From a virus: a DNA stretch of 64,000 nucleotides. Position numbers and translations under genes: made by a program. Shown here one piece after another: positions 40,201 through 50,102 of this stretch. The stretch spans positions 115,716 to 179,715 of the IMG/VR virus record IMGVR_UViG_3300032268_001078. One strand, given 5' to 3'. Under the pieces are notes generated by a model. It saw nothing but the letters and a program-made list of their open reading frames with translations. It ran no database searches and was not told where the DNA came from. How positions within the stretch are numbered: position 1 is the stretch's first letter; each line of letters opens with the position of its first letter.

Positions 40201-42362
40201 AAGTAAGTATTACTTCCAGTTTCAATAAATCTACTATTAGATGGAGTTGAAATAAATGAAGAAGATTGATGTCCTATTTCTCCACTTAATTCAGATTTTA
40301 CATAAAGTCTAGTAGTAGTAGAATTTCTTTCTAAAACTACATTCCACCAATTATAATCTCCATCAGAACCAGTTACATAAAATGGTAAAGTTACTTGTAA
40401 AGGAGTGTTATATAAAGCCAACCCAGAGTCATTTGAATAAAAACTTAAAGTTCCATATTGATAACTTCCACTTTGATTTCCATTTAATGTTATAATACTA
40501 TTAGGTCTTTTAGAAGAACCTGTAGGAAAATTACTAAATAAAGATTGAGTAGCATAAACAGAAGCACTAGGATAAGGTTTAAATCTAAACTCTAATGTTT
40601 GAATTTGTTGAGTTGTTGAGTTAGGTAAACTTAATTGAGTATAAGTAGTTTTACTACTACTTAAAGCATAAGTAAATTTAGGATAGCTGTATTCAACTGT
40701 ATTTGAGTCTTTATCAATACCACCAAATTCTAAAGGTATTAATACTGTATCAGGAATACCATAAAGTGTAGTTAAATAATTTACAAACTTGGTTGTGCCT
40801 TTTGATTTAAGCAATGTTGGTAAATTAGCATATATTCTTTTAAATACTGATTTGGCTTCATCTTGTCCAGATAAAGTAGGATTAGAAGCAGTTACAGCGG
40901 TTTGCCAAGATTGAGGCATAAATGTATAACTTCCACTTTGATTTATACCATAAAGATAAGTAGCTAAATCATCTTGATCACCATCAGTGTAAAGACTAAT
41001 ACCTAAAGACTGTAGAGCATCTCCTACTAAATCTTTAGAAATACCATCCATTAAACTATTTTTTGCTTTCCAAATATCGGTAATAGCTCTTATATAAATC
41101 CAAATGTCATCAAACATTTGACCCATAGAATGAATAAATGGTTTTACATATTCAAAATCATCTCTTTCTTGTAAATAAATTGGTAAACCATAAACTAAAT
41201 TATTATTATTAAATTCATCATAATAACTAGCTGATGTGTAATTAAGATTATACCAGTTTATTGCTTGAGATGAAGTTGAAGAATATAAATTAAAAGGAGG
41301 TTGATTATTAGATTTGGGCCAAGCAAAACTTGTAGATTCAAAATACAAATAAGTTTCATATCCATCAAATCCTTTAATAATTTCATTTATTTTATTTTGG
41401 TAAACTATATTATCTAAACTTGATGATGGTAAATAATTATTATATAATTCTAATTTTTGTATTTTAGTTTTAAATGTACTTAGTCTTTGAGTTTGTGATC
41501 CAAAATGAGTAAAATTATTATAGTTTGTATAATCAACATTAATAATTGGATTAGAACTACTAATAAAACCTAATAAGTTTTGTAATTGAGGATTATTTGA
41601 CCCAGTTAAAGCTATTAGTTGATTAAAATTATAATAATCACTTGAACCTATTCTTTGATCATCTACATTTAAACTAAAATTAGCTTGACGTAAAGAAGGT
41701 AAAGCAGATGCTTCTACAGGTATTTGATTTATTATTGCTTCAAACCCTTGTGTTTCTGAGATTTCTTCTACTAAATTAAGAGGAGAATTTACTACTATTG
41801 TATCGGGTAAAGCATTAAATAATTTAACAAGAATACTAACATTTCCATTAATATCTTTTTCTACAGCAAATGAATTAGCTGTTATTAAATTATTACTTCC
41901 TAAGTCTAAATAAAATTCAAGAAAATAATTTCTACTATTTATTAAATCTATATATGTTAAAGCATTACTGTAAACAACATCATTTGATTCTACTGTAGTA
42001 GCTATTTTTATTTCAGTTCTATCTTGAGAAATATTTTGAATAAATAAATCAAGATTAGAATTTAATGTTACTATAGGTCTTAAAAAATTATAATATAAAT
42101 TATATGTTCCTAATCTATATCCTAAATCTGTAATATCTTTTTCAGGATCAAGATTTATTACTTTATTATCAGTAAGAGTATAATTCTGAAAGTTAGAAAT
42201 ATTATTTAATAAGGTATTAGTTGATGTATTATAAACATATAACTGAATAAAATCTTGAGGTAGTCCAAAATATCTAGTAATTTCTTTAGAATCTACAAGA
42301 CCTTGTTCTTGTGGACTTAATATACCGCCTGGGGTTCCTATAGAATTTATTATAACTGTCAT
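37257..42362 (-). CDS. Large (1701 aa) baseplate wedge/tail protein (gp7-like core with LamG-like and beta-rich domains)
   Basis: LLKSKGT...LYGIP wedge-type motif; LEFRFK...WWNVVL LamG-like segment; baseplate operon context. Confidence 0.6.
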   Translation of the reverse strand: MTVIINSIGTPGGILSPQEQGLVDSKEITRYFGLPQDFIQLYVYNTSTNTLLNNISNFQNYTLTDNKVINLDPEKDITDLGYRLGTYNLYYNFLRPIVTLNSNLDLFIQNISQDRTEIKIATTVESNDVVYSNALTYIDLINSRNYFLEFYLDLGSNNLITANSFAVEKDINGNVSILVKLFNALPDTIVVNSPLNLVEEISETQGFEAIINQIPVEASALPSLRQANFSLNVDDQRIGSSDYYNFNQLIALTGSNNPQLQNLLGFISSSNPIINVDYTNYNNFTHFGSQTQRLSTFKTKIQKLELYNNYLPSSSLDNIVYQNKINEIIKGFDGYETYLYFESTSFAWPKSNNQPPFNLYSSTSSQAINWYNLNYTSASYYDEFNNNNLVYGLPIYLQERDDFEYVKPFIHSMGQMFDDIWIYIRAITDIWKAKNSLMDGISKDLVGDALQSLGISLYTDGDQDDLATYLYGINQSGSYTFMPQSWQTAVTASNPTLSGQDEAKSVFKRIYANLPTLLKSKGTTKFVNYLTTLYGIPDTVLIPLEFGGIDKDSNTVEYSYPKFTYALSSSKTTYTQLSLPNSTTQQIQTLEFRFKPYPSASVYATQSLFSNFPTGSSKRPNSIITLNGNQSGSYQYGTLSFYSNDSGLALYNTPLQVTLPFYVTGSDGDYNWWNVVLERNSTTTRLYVKSELSGEIGHQSSSFISTPSNSRFIETGSNTYLGTIPPNITASLISSPFYNFGTGEYYGQFQELKAYNNFISESIINTHTLNPESYVGNNSNSAYNDLLFRFPLGNDLQISGSRITGSQPTLRPDITLNLTGSNYISFTEMYYSQPAIGGYSVPVTNKIRIVSESLASNILQFNKSVVYPSTSSRTFDVQTTQAGFSPQDQINNDIIAHLGNTYNLDNIIGDPSTLTDSNYEALTKLQENYFTKYNTAYNYKDFLILMETFHKSLFRYLNDFTPARTDMSSGVIIKPHILERNKVARHEPNVSTSSVYFGETEIVTIEGSNPGNYCCSRNSPLNEAFYTGNISDSTINLDSSYEQINPFTSVTECYEYTIQYDGLLTWSDCSNTQQASGSSGLNQIQIIALKDQIGHIFGTGYTILDSKPYYGTRFVQQYGGYDALNNNVDKAIISQFKFKKLNTQVEPDTRCTCVRYDVNNLDISSAHILTYTDCSGNSQLTLIPSALLGGRNILIDACEGSLYSFDGPGFLSWLFVEFIFQPSTINVLKSGSVEFQDSLLTETSWDRSRVEGVKLTAPGFNQFINNYPSLSFSNVEVTTPYMLFYDWTSDTLAERQGSNNFHIRYLIDETGKTYLPEPTGSEYYGIVDQGFGAYDEVNYTLYNATYYQQSSKSTTVHRPLRTYSTILYSDTGSLDTNYLQPGYNTTMSFYSPSGDITAITTLVGLTDTYQPVEFEGIKFNDIAEDEARGWNTSTSTYNVTRNSTGQVTVSAKVIVRNNFNISPDTVFVFIRLYNNGVLLDTEAKNVSDNTTGIFDVSWTGLLKAGDSFYVTYSDNRDPVGSAIYILDEDGGNYTQFKIDPAGAALYTNAKAPFLVTTTTGSTELVVSPSLSYFYGESYTQLDSYTYPLISNPNSGFSSPLPFTININDEIRFMGNESQVYTILSSSIDLSNQLHLFLDRTPQGQNLDYFVIRRLIDDPGFIMLNTQNSQGPGFILPKYPSSTLKENFSNIVQDLASKNLLV

Positions 42363-42685
42363 TATTGATTGTTAAAAGTGTCGATTTGTTTTTGTAATAA
42401 TTCGTTTTGAACTTGTAATTCTTGTAATTGTAAAAGTAATTGTTGTAAATTAAGACCAATATATTCACTACTTTTTTCTATAAGAGTTTCGTGACTATTT
42501 GTTCCTGTTTTTGGAATATTATAAAATAAATTATCATAATTTTCAAAAAGTTGAGGAACATCAACTACAGGAGGTGCTGGTGTTGTATCTACAGGTGGAA
42601 TATAGTTTGTAAAAGTAGTATTTATAACCTTATTTATATCAGGACTATATATTCTTTTTTGAGATGGAATGTTTATCTGTGCCAT
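42362..42685 (-). CDS. Hypothetical protein in baseplate operon
   Basis: 107-aa ORF with C-terminal coiled coil; TAATG-coupled. Confidence 0.55.
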   Translation of the reverse strand: MAQINIPSQKRIYSPDINKVINTTFTNYIPPVDTTPAPPVVDVPQLFENYDNLFYNIPKTGTNSHETLIEKSSEYIGLNLQQLLLQLQELQVQNELLQKQIDTFNNQ

Positions 42686-42687
42686 AA

Positions 42688-43923
42688 TTAAGGAGTTTCA
42701 GAAATATAACAAGTCTCAACCCATCCTGCATCTACATATGGATATACAATTGAACCTGTAGGTATAGGTGCCGGACCGGGAGGTGCATCTGGTGTTGGTA
42801 AAAGTATTGGGTTTAGTATATCACTCGTTGGACCAGAATTTTGAGTAACTTTAAAATTTAAATTATCAGTTAATGTATAAAAATTACCACTTAAATATGT
42901 TCTAACTTGAATTTGATAGTATCTATTAGGTTCAAGTGTATCCATATCTAAATTAAAGAAATTACTTGTATTATCAGCACTTAGTCTAGTACCTATACTA
43001 TTAAAAGGAACAATAATATCATTAGTATCTACATCAACAATCTGATACCAAGAATTATAAGGTAAAATTTTATTATAAGCATACAACGATTGAGTAGTAA
43101 ATGTTCTAGCAGGATATCTTTCTCTAGCATATACTCTTAATTGTACTTTTTCATTTGATTGAAATTCATTTCTGTTATTTCCTAAAGTAGCTGTAAAATC
43201 TTGATTAGAAAGAATTCTACTGTAACTTCCAGAAGTTAAATTCCATGTTTGATCATTCCAATAAAATATTAAACTTGGAGGATAAATAGTATTTGTGTCT
43301 CTACTAAAATAACTTAAATGATATTGATAAGCAGGATTATTTTCAGTATTTGAATCTACATGCAGTATATGACCATAATTAGGAATATAATTATAATAAT
43401 GTAATAATACTTGATCTGTTATATTAGCAAATATATCAAATGGAGTATATGTTGAAATTGATTGAGTTGTAGTATAATTTTCATACCATGAACCACCTCC
43501 AACTGAACTTGAATAAGATCCTGTAATTCCATATGATCCACTAATAGACCAATTAGTAAGAGTTGTTGGGTAAGTCCAACTAACTCCATTAGTTGTGGCA
43601 GGACTATTAGCTAATCTTCCAGTTCCCATATCCCACGCGTTTCCTACCGGATCTATGTTAATATCTAATTGAGTAGGTAATGAATCTACTTCACTACAAT
43701 ACATTCTTAAATAAGCATTCCATGAACCTGAAGTAATTGTAGGAACAATTTTATTATTAACTACATTTTCTATTTGTTGTTGATCAAAAGCTATTACAAT
43801 TCTAGAAGGATTGTATTTTGATGTTTTAGAAAGTTCTAATATTTCATCAATCCCAGTATTAGTAGCTGGATATTCTTGGTATAATGTAGCGTCTTTAGAA
43901 GGAAACAGTTGATAGAATGCCAT
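42688..43923 (-). CDS. Baseplate-associated structural protein
   Basis: LFPSKDATLY...NTGIDEILE jelly-roll-type N-terminus; Pro-rich tail; follows gp6-like gene. Confidence 0.55.
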   Translation of the reverse strand: MAFYQLFPSKDATLYQEYPATNTGIDEILELSKTSKYNPSRIVIAFDQQQIENVVNNKIVPTITSGSWNAYLRMYCSEVDSLPTQLDINIDPVGNAWDMGTGRLANSPATTNGVSWTYPTTLTNWSISGSYGITGSYSSSVGGGSWYENYTTTQSISTYTPFDIFANITDQVLLHYYNYIPNYGHILHVDSNTENNPAYQYHLSYFSRDTNTIYPPSLIFYWNDQTWNLTSGSYSRILSNQDFTATLGNNRNEFQSNEKVQLRVYARERYPARTFTTQSLYAYNKILPYNSWYQIVDVDTNDIIVPFNSIGTRLSADNTSNFFNLDMDTLEPNRYYQIQVRTYLSGNFYTLTDNLNFKVTQNSGPTSDILNPILLPTPDAPPGPAPIPTGSIVYPYVDAGWVETCYISETP

Positions 43924-43936
43924 GTGTTAATAAATA

Positions 43937-45802
43937 TTAAATACTAACAACTCTGCCTAATATATCATTATCTGGGAATTTTATTTCAAAAATCATAGGG
44001 TCTAAACTTGGATAAATAACTCCATTTAAATTAGCTCCAGTTAAATCATAAGTATATGGACTATAATTTCCTCCAGATTTATTTATAAATTCAAGTTTTT
44101 TAACAGCAGCTACTCCATTTACATTAGCAGCAGATATTATATTTTCAACTTGAGATAAAATAATAGGTTGGTTAATTGACCATTTTTTAGTATCAAAAAA
44201 TGATTTTAAACTATTAATTGCTCCAACTAATACTTGTTGAGCGTTAAAACCTTGAAGTACTTGAATTTCAAAATTAATTCCAATATTGATATAATAAGCA
44301 TCTTTAATACTTACAGCATCAGTTAACATTTTAAATTGACTTAAATAGTTTTTAAGATTTTGTTTTACTGCTTGATTGGCTTGTGTTAATTTATTATCAA
44401 TATCGGTAGTTAAAACATAAACACTTAATCCTAATGGATTCATATCAGAAGTACTTGTTCTATCTCTATCTGCGTTTAAATTTAGATCTTGAACAACATA
44501 TGCTTTTGTAATAGTTCCAAATTCACTAGGCATACTTAAAGTTCTAATTAAATAATCTGCTTGAGTTACATTTCTTAATTGAGTAGGAAAATTAGCTAAA
44601 GCATTTAATCTAATTTCTTCAATTGTATCTCCAGGTCCTCCTCCAGTAGCCCCAATATTATTATTAAATCTTACTGAATTTACAATTGTTTGAACAACAG
44701 ATGAATTTAAACCATAACTATCTATTTGAGGGTTTACTGTATCTATTATGTTAATATCATTAGCAGGAACATTACTTTGAGCTCCATAACCTGTTAAATA
44801 TGTAAATGTTAAAGTTGTATTTACAGGTGCTTGACCATATTCATTTGTAAAGAAAAAATTAGCTGGGTCAAATGCTGTGTTGAATTTACTAATGCCATCT
44901 TGTAAACCAATACCTACATTATATGGATTTGGAATAATTAATTCATCTGCTTGTCCTGTTGTTCCTGCTCCAAAACTTATTTCTAAATTAGTATTATCTA
45001 CAAATTGAGCAGTAAAACGTTTTTGAACTTTTTTTAATCTAAGCATATATGGTGCTTGATCTCTGTAATAATAATAATTAGGTTCATAAACAGGAATATT
45101 ATATGTTTTATCTATAATAGTATCTTGGGCTAAATAAGGAACTTGATACCATATATTTCCATCACTGTCAGTAACATTTAATATTTTAATAATATTAGTA
45201 TCACTTAAAGTTACTTTACTAAATTGTTCTAAAGTAGTAAAATTAAAATCTTGTGTTTTTACTTGACCTGAATAAGCTTGTACTTGTTTTTTAAGAACAT
45301 AAAATTCAGGATTAGAAGTTCCACTATAATAATTATAAATACTTATATCAGTTGGATCATTTGATCCTGAGTAAGCAAAATTAATTAAATTTTCTGTTAA
45401 AAATAAAACATTAGGTTGAGATGTACTCTGAATCTGGCTTTGTTCTGGAATACTAACTGTGTATCTCCAATCTGGGTTAAAAGAATTTGCTGCGTCTGAA
45501 GGAATTAATTGATAAACATCTAAAACTACAGTCGATGGTTTTGAAATAACAGGTTGATAACCTAAACTATATGCAATAGGAAGTATATTTTTTGTTTCTT
45601 TAGCTTCTAATAATAGTGTTTCTTGAACTTGAGTATCAGTATAAAAACTAAGTACATCACCAACATATGCTGCTAAATCACTAAACATATTACCAGGAGA
45701 AGATGGACCAAAATCACTATAATTATTATAATTATTTTTTATATAATCAGTTAGAGCCTGTTTTAACTGATTGAAGTCTTTATTTAAATATTGTACACTC
45801 AT
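43937..45802 (-). CDS. gp6: Baseplate wedge subunit (T4 gp6-like / Baseplate_J)
   Basis: YLNKDFNQLKQAL...YSDF...G...DLAAYVGDVLSFYTD; GGGPGDTIEEIR; RNVTQADY. Confidence 0.85.
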   Translation of the reverse strand: MSVQYLNKDFNQLKQALTDYIKNNYNNYSDFGPSSPGNMFSDLAAYVGDVLSFYTDTQVQETLLLEAKETKNILPIAYSLGYQPVISKPSTVVLDVYQLIPSDAANSFNPDWRYTVSIPEQSQIQSTSQPNVLFLTENLINFAYSGSNDPTDISIYNYYSGTSNPEFYVLKKQVQAYSGQVKTQDFNFTTLEQFSKVTLSDTNIIKILNVTDSDGNIWYQVPYLAQDTIIDKTYNIPVYEPNYYYYRDQAPYMLRLKKVQKRFTAQFVDNTNLEISFGAGTTGQADELIIPNPYNVGIGLQDGISKFNTAFDPANFFFTNEYGQAPVNTTLTFTYLTGYGAQSNVPANDINIIDTVNPQIDSYGLNSSVVQTIVNSVRFNNNIGATGGGPGDTIEEIRLNALANFPTQLRNVTQADYLIRTLSMPSEFGTITKAYVVQDLNLNADRDRTSTSDMNPLGLSVYVLTTDIDNKLTQANQAVKQNLKNYLSQFKMLTDAVSIKDAYYINIGINFEIQVLQGFNAQQVLVGAINSLKSFFDTKKWSINQPIILSQVENIISAANVNGVAAVKKLEFINKSGGNYSPYTYDLTGANLNGVIYPSLDPMIFEIKFPDNDILGRVVSI

Positions 45803-46209
45803 TAGTTTGTTGTGTTTAAAGCTAAGGTTAATTCATCTGATTGGTTATTAATGGTATATGATATTTGTATGTAAACTACATTATTATCATCACTAATAGC
45901 ACTAACATTATTTACTATAATATTTTGAACATATGCTTCTATACCTTCTTTTAAATTATCAGCTATTGTATCTAAATTAGTATTAGGTTCAAATAATAAT
46001 GATCTTATTCCACTTCCAAAACCAGGATCAAAAAGTCTTTCACCAGGATTAGTTAATATATAGTTTATAAGTTGATTTTTTGTTTGAGAGGTTGTTGTAT
46101 AAGTTGAAGTAAAGACACCATTTTCTATAAATTGAATTCCAATTCCAATTTCTCTTTTAGCAGTATTTTTTACTACATCTTCATATCTATAGATAGGTCT
46201 TACAGTCAT
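45802..46209 (-). CDS. gp25: Baseplate wedge/sheath initiator (T4 gp25-like)
   Basis: KNQLINYILTNPGERLFDPGFGSGIRSLLFE. Confidence 0.9.
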   Translation of the reverse strand: MTVRPIYRYEDVVKNTAKREIGIGIQFIENGVFTSTYTTTSQTKNQLINYILTNPGERLFDPGFGSGIRSLLFEPNTNLDTIADNLKEGIEAYVQNIIVNNVSAISDDNNVVYIQISYTINNQSDELTLALNTTN

Positions 46210-46637
46210 TATAACAATCCTTTATTTTTCATTGTTGACATCATCGCTGTAAAATCAGGTACTTCACTTACAGATTGAATCATTTCAGGTGATGCTACTT
46301 TAGGAGCATTATTTAACATTGATTCTACTGTAGATGGTTTTGATTTTCCCAAATCCATCTCAAATGGTTGATTATTTATAGATTGAAAACTAGGTGCATC
46401 AGCTGATGTAAAGTTTCCTACTGAGCGCCAATCACTTTGAGCTGTTTCATTTATTAAGTCTTCTAAAACATTACCTGTAGATATAAGTTTTTTAGTTTTA
46501 GGAATATTTCCTAACATATTACTAAGAGATTTTTTAGTTTCTTGTATAGGTTGTCTTTGTAATTCTTCTCTAATAGCAGAGCGAACTTCTTTTTTCACAA
46601 CTTCACGAATAATTTGTATAAATTCAGTTTTATTCAT
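46209..46637 (-). CDS. Hypothetical protein
   Basis: MNKTEFIQIIREVVKKEVRSAIREEL helical N-terminus. Confidence 0.55.
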   Translation of the reverse strand: MNKTEFIQIIREVVKKEVRSAIREELQRQPIQETKKSLSNMLGNIPKTKKLISTGNVLEDLINETAQSDWRSVGNFTSADAPSFQSINNQPFEMDLGKSKPSTVESMLNNAPKVASPEMIQSVSEVPDFTAMMSTMKNKGLL

Positions 46638-46654
46638 ATAATATAAATATTAAA

Positions 46655-47686
46655 TTATAAAGGAGGTGTTAATTTAGTTTTTAAATCTTGTAATGCAGTA
46701 TTATTTTGTTGTTGATTTATAAAAGTATCAACTTTACTAATAATATTATTTAAACTTTGTTGTTGATTTTGATTTATTTTACCAAAGTAAATAATATTAT
46801 CTTTTAAAACAGTAATTTGTTCGTATGCTTTATTTAAATCATTTACTTGATTTTGTTCACTTTCACTTTTAGTTAAAATATCACTAACAGCTTGACCTGT
46901 AGTTATGTAACTTGAAGCGGGTACAGCTGTTTCTACTTGAATAACTATTGCTTTAGCTTTTTTGATTTTATTTTGAATACTTTTTACTAGTAATAAAGCT
47001 GAAATGACTAATTGAGCGAATTCTACTACTTGTTTTAATGAAAGATTATTTACAAAATCATTAAAATTAGTAATAGGTTTATCATTACTTAGTCTAGTAG
47101 TTACTTTATTTGTTTTATCGGTTAAAGATTTAACTATTGATTCTATATTTTGTAAAGCAGCTATAGTTTGTTGATTAGCAATTGGAACTTGAACTATAGT
47201 CCCATCACCTAACTTAACAGTAGTATTAGTATTAATTTTATCTATAATACTATCAACTTGATCTTCAAGACTTAAAATTTGACTATCAATTTGTTGTTGT
47301 AAAGTAATAATATTTAATATAACAGCATTAGTTGTTTTTAAAATTTTATTAGTAAGAGGTGTACTATTGGTAGTACCTGCTTGATTTGATTGATTGTCTG
47401 TAGTTGTAGTTACTCCTAATTCTTCAGCTAGTCTAGCTTTTGTAATATCAATTACTACTTGACTTACCCATGCTGCTAAACTAAATGCTTTATTTAAATC
47501 AAATGAACTACTTTTAACTCCTGAATTTAAATTATTCATTTGTTGAGTTAGTTTATCTATATTTGCTGTTAAATTGTTTTGAGAATTATTAGTATTTTGA
47601 GTATACTGTTTCCTTACAGGATTTAACGGTTGGGCAACATTGATTTGTTTACCTTGTAGTGCTATTAAGTCTTCTATTGTCGCCAT
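46655..47686 (-). CDS. Helical, Gln/Asn-rich hypothetical protein in baseplate region
   Basis: 343-aa coiled-coil-like ORF, TAATG-coupled. Confidence 0.5.
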   Translation of the reverse strand: MATIEDLIALQGKQINVAQPLNPVRKQYTQNTNNSQNNLTANIDKLTQQMNNLNSGVKSSSFDLNKAFSLAAWVSQVVIDITKARLAEELGVTTTTDNQSNQAGTTNSTPLTNKILKTTNAVILNIITLQQQIDSQILSLEDQVDSIIDKINTNTTVKLGDGTIVQVPIANQQTIAALQNIESIVKSLTDKTNKVTTRLSNDKPITNFNDFVNNLSLKQVVEFAQLVISALLLVKSIQNKIKKAKAIVIQVETAVPASSYITTGQAVSDILTKSESEQNQVNDLNKAYEQITVLKDNIIYFGKINQNQQQSLNNIISKVDTFINQQQNNTALQDLKTKLTPPL

Positions 47687-48096
47687 TATACAGTGTACGT
47701 TATTTTAGATTTAAATCTTTTAAGTTTTTGTTTGATTAGTTCAGTTTTAGCTTGAGTATTAGTTTTTAAAACAACCTGGCCTTGAGGAATATAAGCACCA
47801 GGAGTATCAACAATTTGATTTAATAAGTCTAAAACATCAATTAAAATTTTTTCTAATTGATCTCCTTTAACTACAGATTCTAATTTTTTAGTTTGAGTTG
47901 GAATACCAAATTCTATTTTTGGACTATTTATTCTAACTTTATTTGGTTTGTTGTCTCCATCTACACTTCCTATATCAATAAAAAGACCTTCTTTAGCACC
48001 TAAATGAATATAGGTATTAGAGTTTATTTTAATATCATCACTTTCTGATACTAATTCTAATTTACCTGATTTTGCTGATATTTTTTCTTCTGCCAT
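47686..48096 (-). CDS. Baseplate spike C-terminal-like (gp5-like beta-strand repeats)
   Basis: SGKLELVSESDDIKINSNTYIHLGA...RINSPKIEFG...VVKGDQL. Confidence 0.5.
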   Translation of the reverse strand: MAEEKISAKSGKLELVSESDDIKINSNTYIHLGAKEGLFIDIGSVDGDNKPNKVRINSPKIEFGIPTQTKKLESVVKGDQLEKILIDVLDLLNQIVDTPGAYIPQGQVVLKTNTQAKTELIKQKLKRFKSKITYTV

Positions 48097-49256
48097 TATT
48101 TAATATATTTATTCATTGGTTCATCTATGTTCACAGTAGATGGAATTAAATTATTTGCTATTAATGTTTTAACAACAGCAACTAAGTATGTTGTAGGATT
48201 TGTTAATGCGTCTCCAAATGGAGCATATGTGTTAAAATATTGTCTAAATGTAGGAGGATTAGTACCTTTATGAGAATATGATTCTTGTTCTTTATAATTA
48301 ATACCATTTTTCTTATAATATTCATTATCTTTATCTATATACCAATTAATTCGTCTTACACCACCATCATAATTTAAACTTTTAGCAGTTCCATTTATGT
48401 ATGGAATAGTAACTTGATTAATCATTGCTGTCCATCCTTTTTCATATGTACTAAAACAAGCATATGTTCCTAATTTTTCAGCGCCTTTAATTGCTTTAGC
48501 TCCTAAATCACCTTCTCCTCTTAAGTTACCTGGATTTTTATTTTGTCTAACACCTAATGAATTAAATCCTTCAACCTTTGCTTGAGCTGCTGCTAATCCT
48601 TTAATAATTGGACTTAATTTTTTTAAAGAAGCAAATGAATTTATACTACTTAAAGTAACACTTATATCTAATTTACCAAAAGGAGTATAAGGAGGAGGTG
48701 ATCCTTGTTTAATACTTTGCTGTTCTTTAGGAGAAATACCTGCCCAAACTTCTGGTGGAATTTCAGTTCCTGGGATATTATTTCCATAAATTGTAAAAAA
48801 ATCATCTGTAGGTTCAATTTCAGCAAAATATGCTGTAAGGCTAGCTGTATCATAATTTACTAATTCAACTACTTCCACTGTTTCTGGAGTAATTATTATA
48901 GATGAAGTAATATCTGTTGCTGTTTCAAAATTAGTACTTTGAGTAACAACATAAGGTTGAACATAGGTTGGAGGTACAACTTGATCAACTACTGTTTGAG
49001 ACCAACCAAGTGTAGTAAAATTACTACTTGGAAATACTACTTCACTTTGGATACCTATAGGAGGTTCTCCACTAAAAATTCCTATAGAAGAAACAGAATT
49101 CATTACAGAGTAATCAGTTTGAGAACCACTAGGTTTATTTTTAGATGTAAGTATTATATTACCATTAGTATCATGGGCAATACTACTTCCACCTCTACCA
49201 TTTGTTATAGTAGATCCTGGAGTTACTTTTCTAGATTCAACTCTTTTATCTTGCAT
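48096..49256 (-). CDS. Baseplate hub segment with NNPGN-type lysozyme-like cell-wall hydrolase domain
   Basis: TITNGRGGSSI gp5-like N-terminal part; KVEG...NKNPGNLRG...FSTYEKGWTAM...YAP...PTTY. Confidence 0.6.
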   Translation of the reverse strand: MQDKRVESRKVTPGSTITNGRGGSSIAHDTNGNIILTSKNKPSGSQTDYSVMNSVSSIGIFSGEPPIGIQSEVVFPSSNFTTLGWSQTVVDQVVPPTYVQPYVVTQSTNFETATDITSSIIITPETVEVVELVNYDTASLTAYFAEIEPTDDFFTIYGNNIPGTEIPPEVWAGISPKEQQSIKQGSPPPYTPFGKLDISVTLSSINSFASLKKLSPIIKGLAAAQAKVEGFNSLGVRQNKNPGNLRGEGDLGAKAIKGAEKLGTYACFSTYEKGWTAMINQVTIPYINGTAKSLNYDGGVRRINWYIDKDNEYYKKNGINYKEQESYSHKGTNPPTFRQYFNTYAPFGDALTNPTTYLVAVVKTLIANNLIPSTVNIDEPMNKYIK

Positions 49257-49738
49257 TATATCATCCCGTTTAAACTATTATTATAATTAGTTACATTAAA
49301 GTTTGATTGTTTAGTATTAGTAACTTGACCGGGTGTTGATTGATCTAAATTAATATTTGTATACATATTATCCCACATGTTAAGAGGTCCTGTATAATAA
49401 GCAATTTGTTTAGGATTTGATTTATTGTTAGATGCTGATTTAGGTTCAGCAGCAAATGTAATATCAATATATTCTCCCACCATAGGAGTAATATTTTGGT
49501 ATTTATTTAAAGGTTGAGCTGTTTTGCTGGGATCAGGTTGTCCTAATTGAGATTTACCTATACTATCTACAGATTCATAATAAACCCAACCATTATCTGC
49601 TACTCCTGTTACTCTATATCTAAAACTTTTTTGTTTAGTAGTTGCATAATTACTGTATCCATTAGCACTTGTTGTGTTGCTTATTGAAGAAGGACTTGTT
49701 ATAATTCCTGAACTATGTTGAGTAGATTGAGTTGGCAT
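49256..49738 (-). CDS. Baseplate hub N-terminal OB-fold-like (gp5-N-like)
   Basis: PLNKY...TPMVGEYI...YYTGPLNMW pattern; coupled to the hydrolase ORF. Confidence 0.45.
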   Translation of the reverse strand: MPTQSTQHSSGIITSPSSISNTTSANGYSNYATTKQKSFRYRVTGVADNGWVYYESVDSIGKSQLGQPDPSKTAQPLNKYQNITPMVGEYIDITFAAEPKSASNNKSNPKQIAYYTGPLNMWDNMYTNINLDQSTPGQVTNTKQSNFNVTNYNNSLNGMI

Positions 49739-50076
49739 TATTCTATTCCTAATCCGTCTAATGATTCAAATAATAGTTGTTTGTCTCTTTCAGACATTAC
49801 TCCTCCATTTTCTTCAGTAACTTTAGCACTAACTGATTCAATTTTTTGAATAATACCTAAAAGTTTTAGTAAAACATCATCATTCTTAATTGATAAATCC
49901 ATATATTCTTTAATTAAAGGAACCATCATAACAGCATCACCACCATCAGTAATAAATTCTTTTAATTGATTAATTAAACCATTAAGTTTTTCTTGCTTAT
50001 CTTTTTTGTCTTTATAAGCTTCTTCCATCAACTTAGAAATAGTTTTTCCTTTGAAAATTTCTTTATTATAATCCAT
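49738..50076 (-). CDS. Conserved helical hypothetical protein
   Basis: 112 aa; preceded by ATATTTAT (50091-50098). Confidence 0.6.
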   Translation of the reverse strand: MDYNKEIFKGKTISKLMEEAYKDKKDKQEKLNGLINQLKEFITDGGDAVMMVPLIKEYMDLSIKNDDVLLKLLGIIQKIESVSAKVTEENGGVMSERDKQLLFESLDGLGIE

Positions 50077-50102
50077 ATTATTATATGAATATAAATATTA
50101 AA

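Noticed and set aside
49738-50076. Small terminase subunit assignment
   Set aside because: Size and helical character fit, but no diagnostic motif or adjacency to the large subunit supports it.
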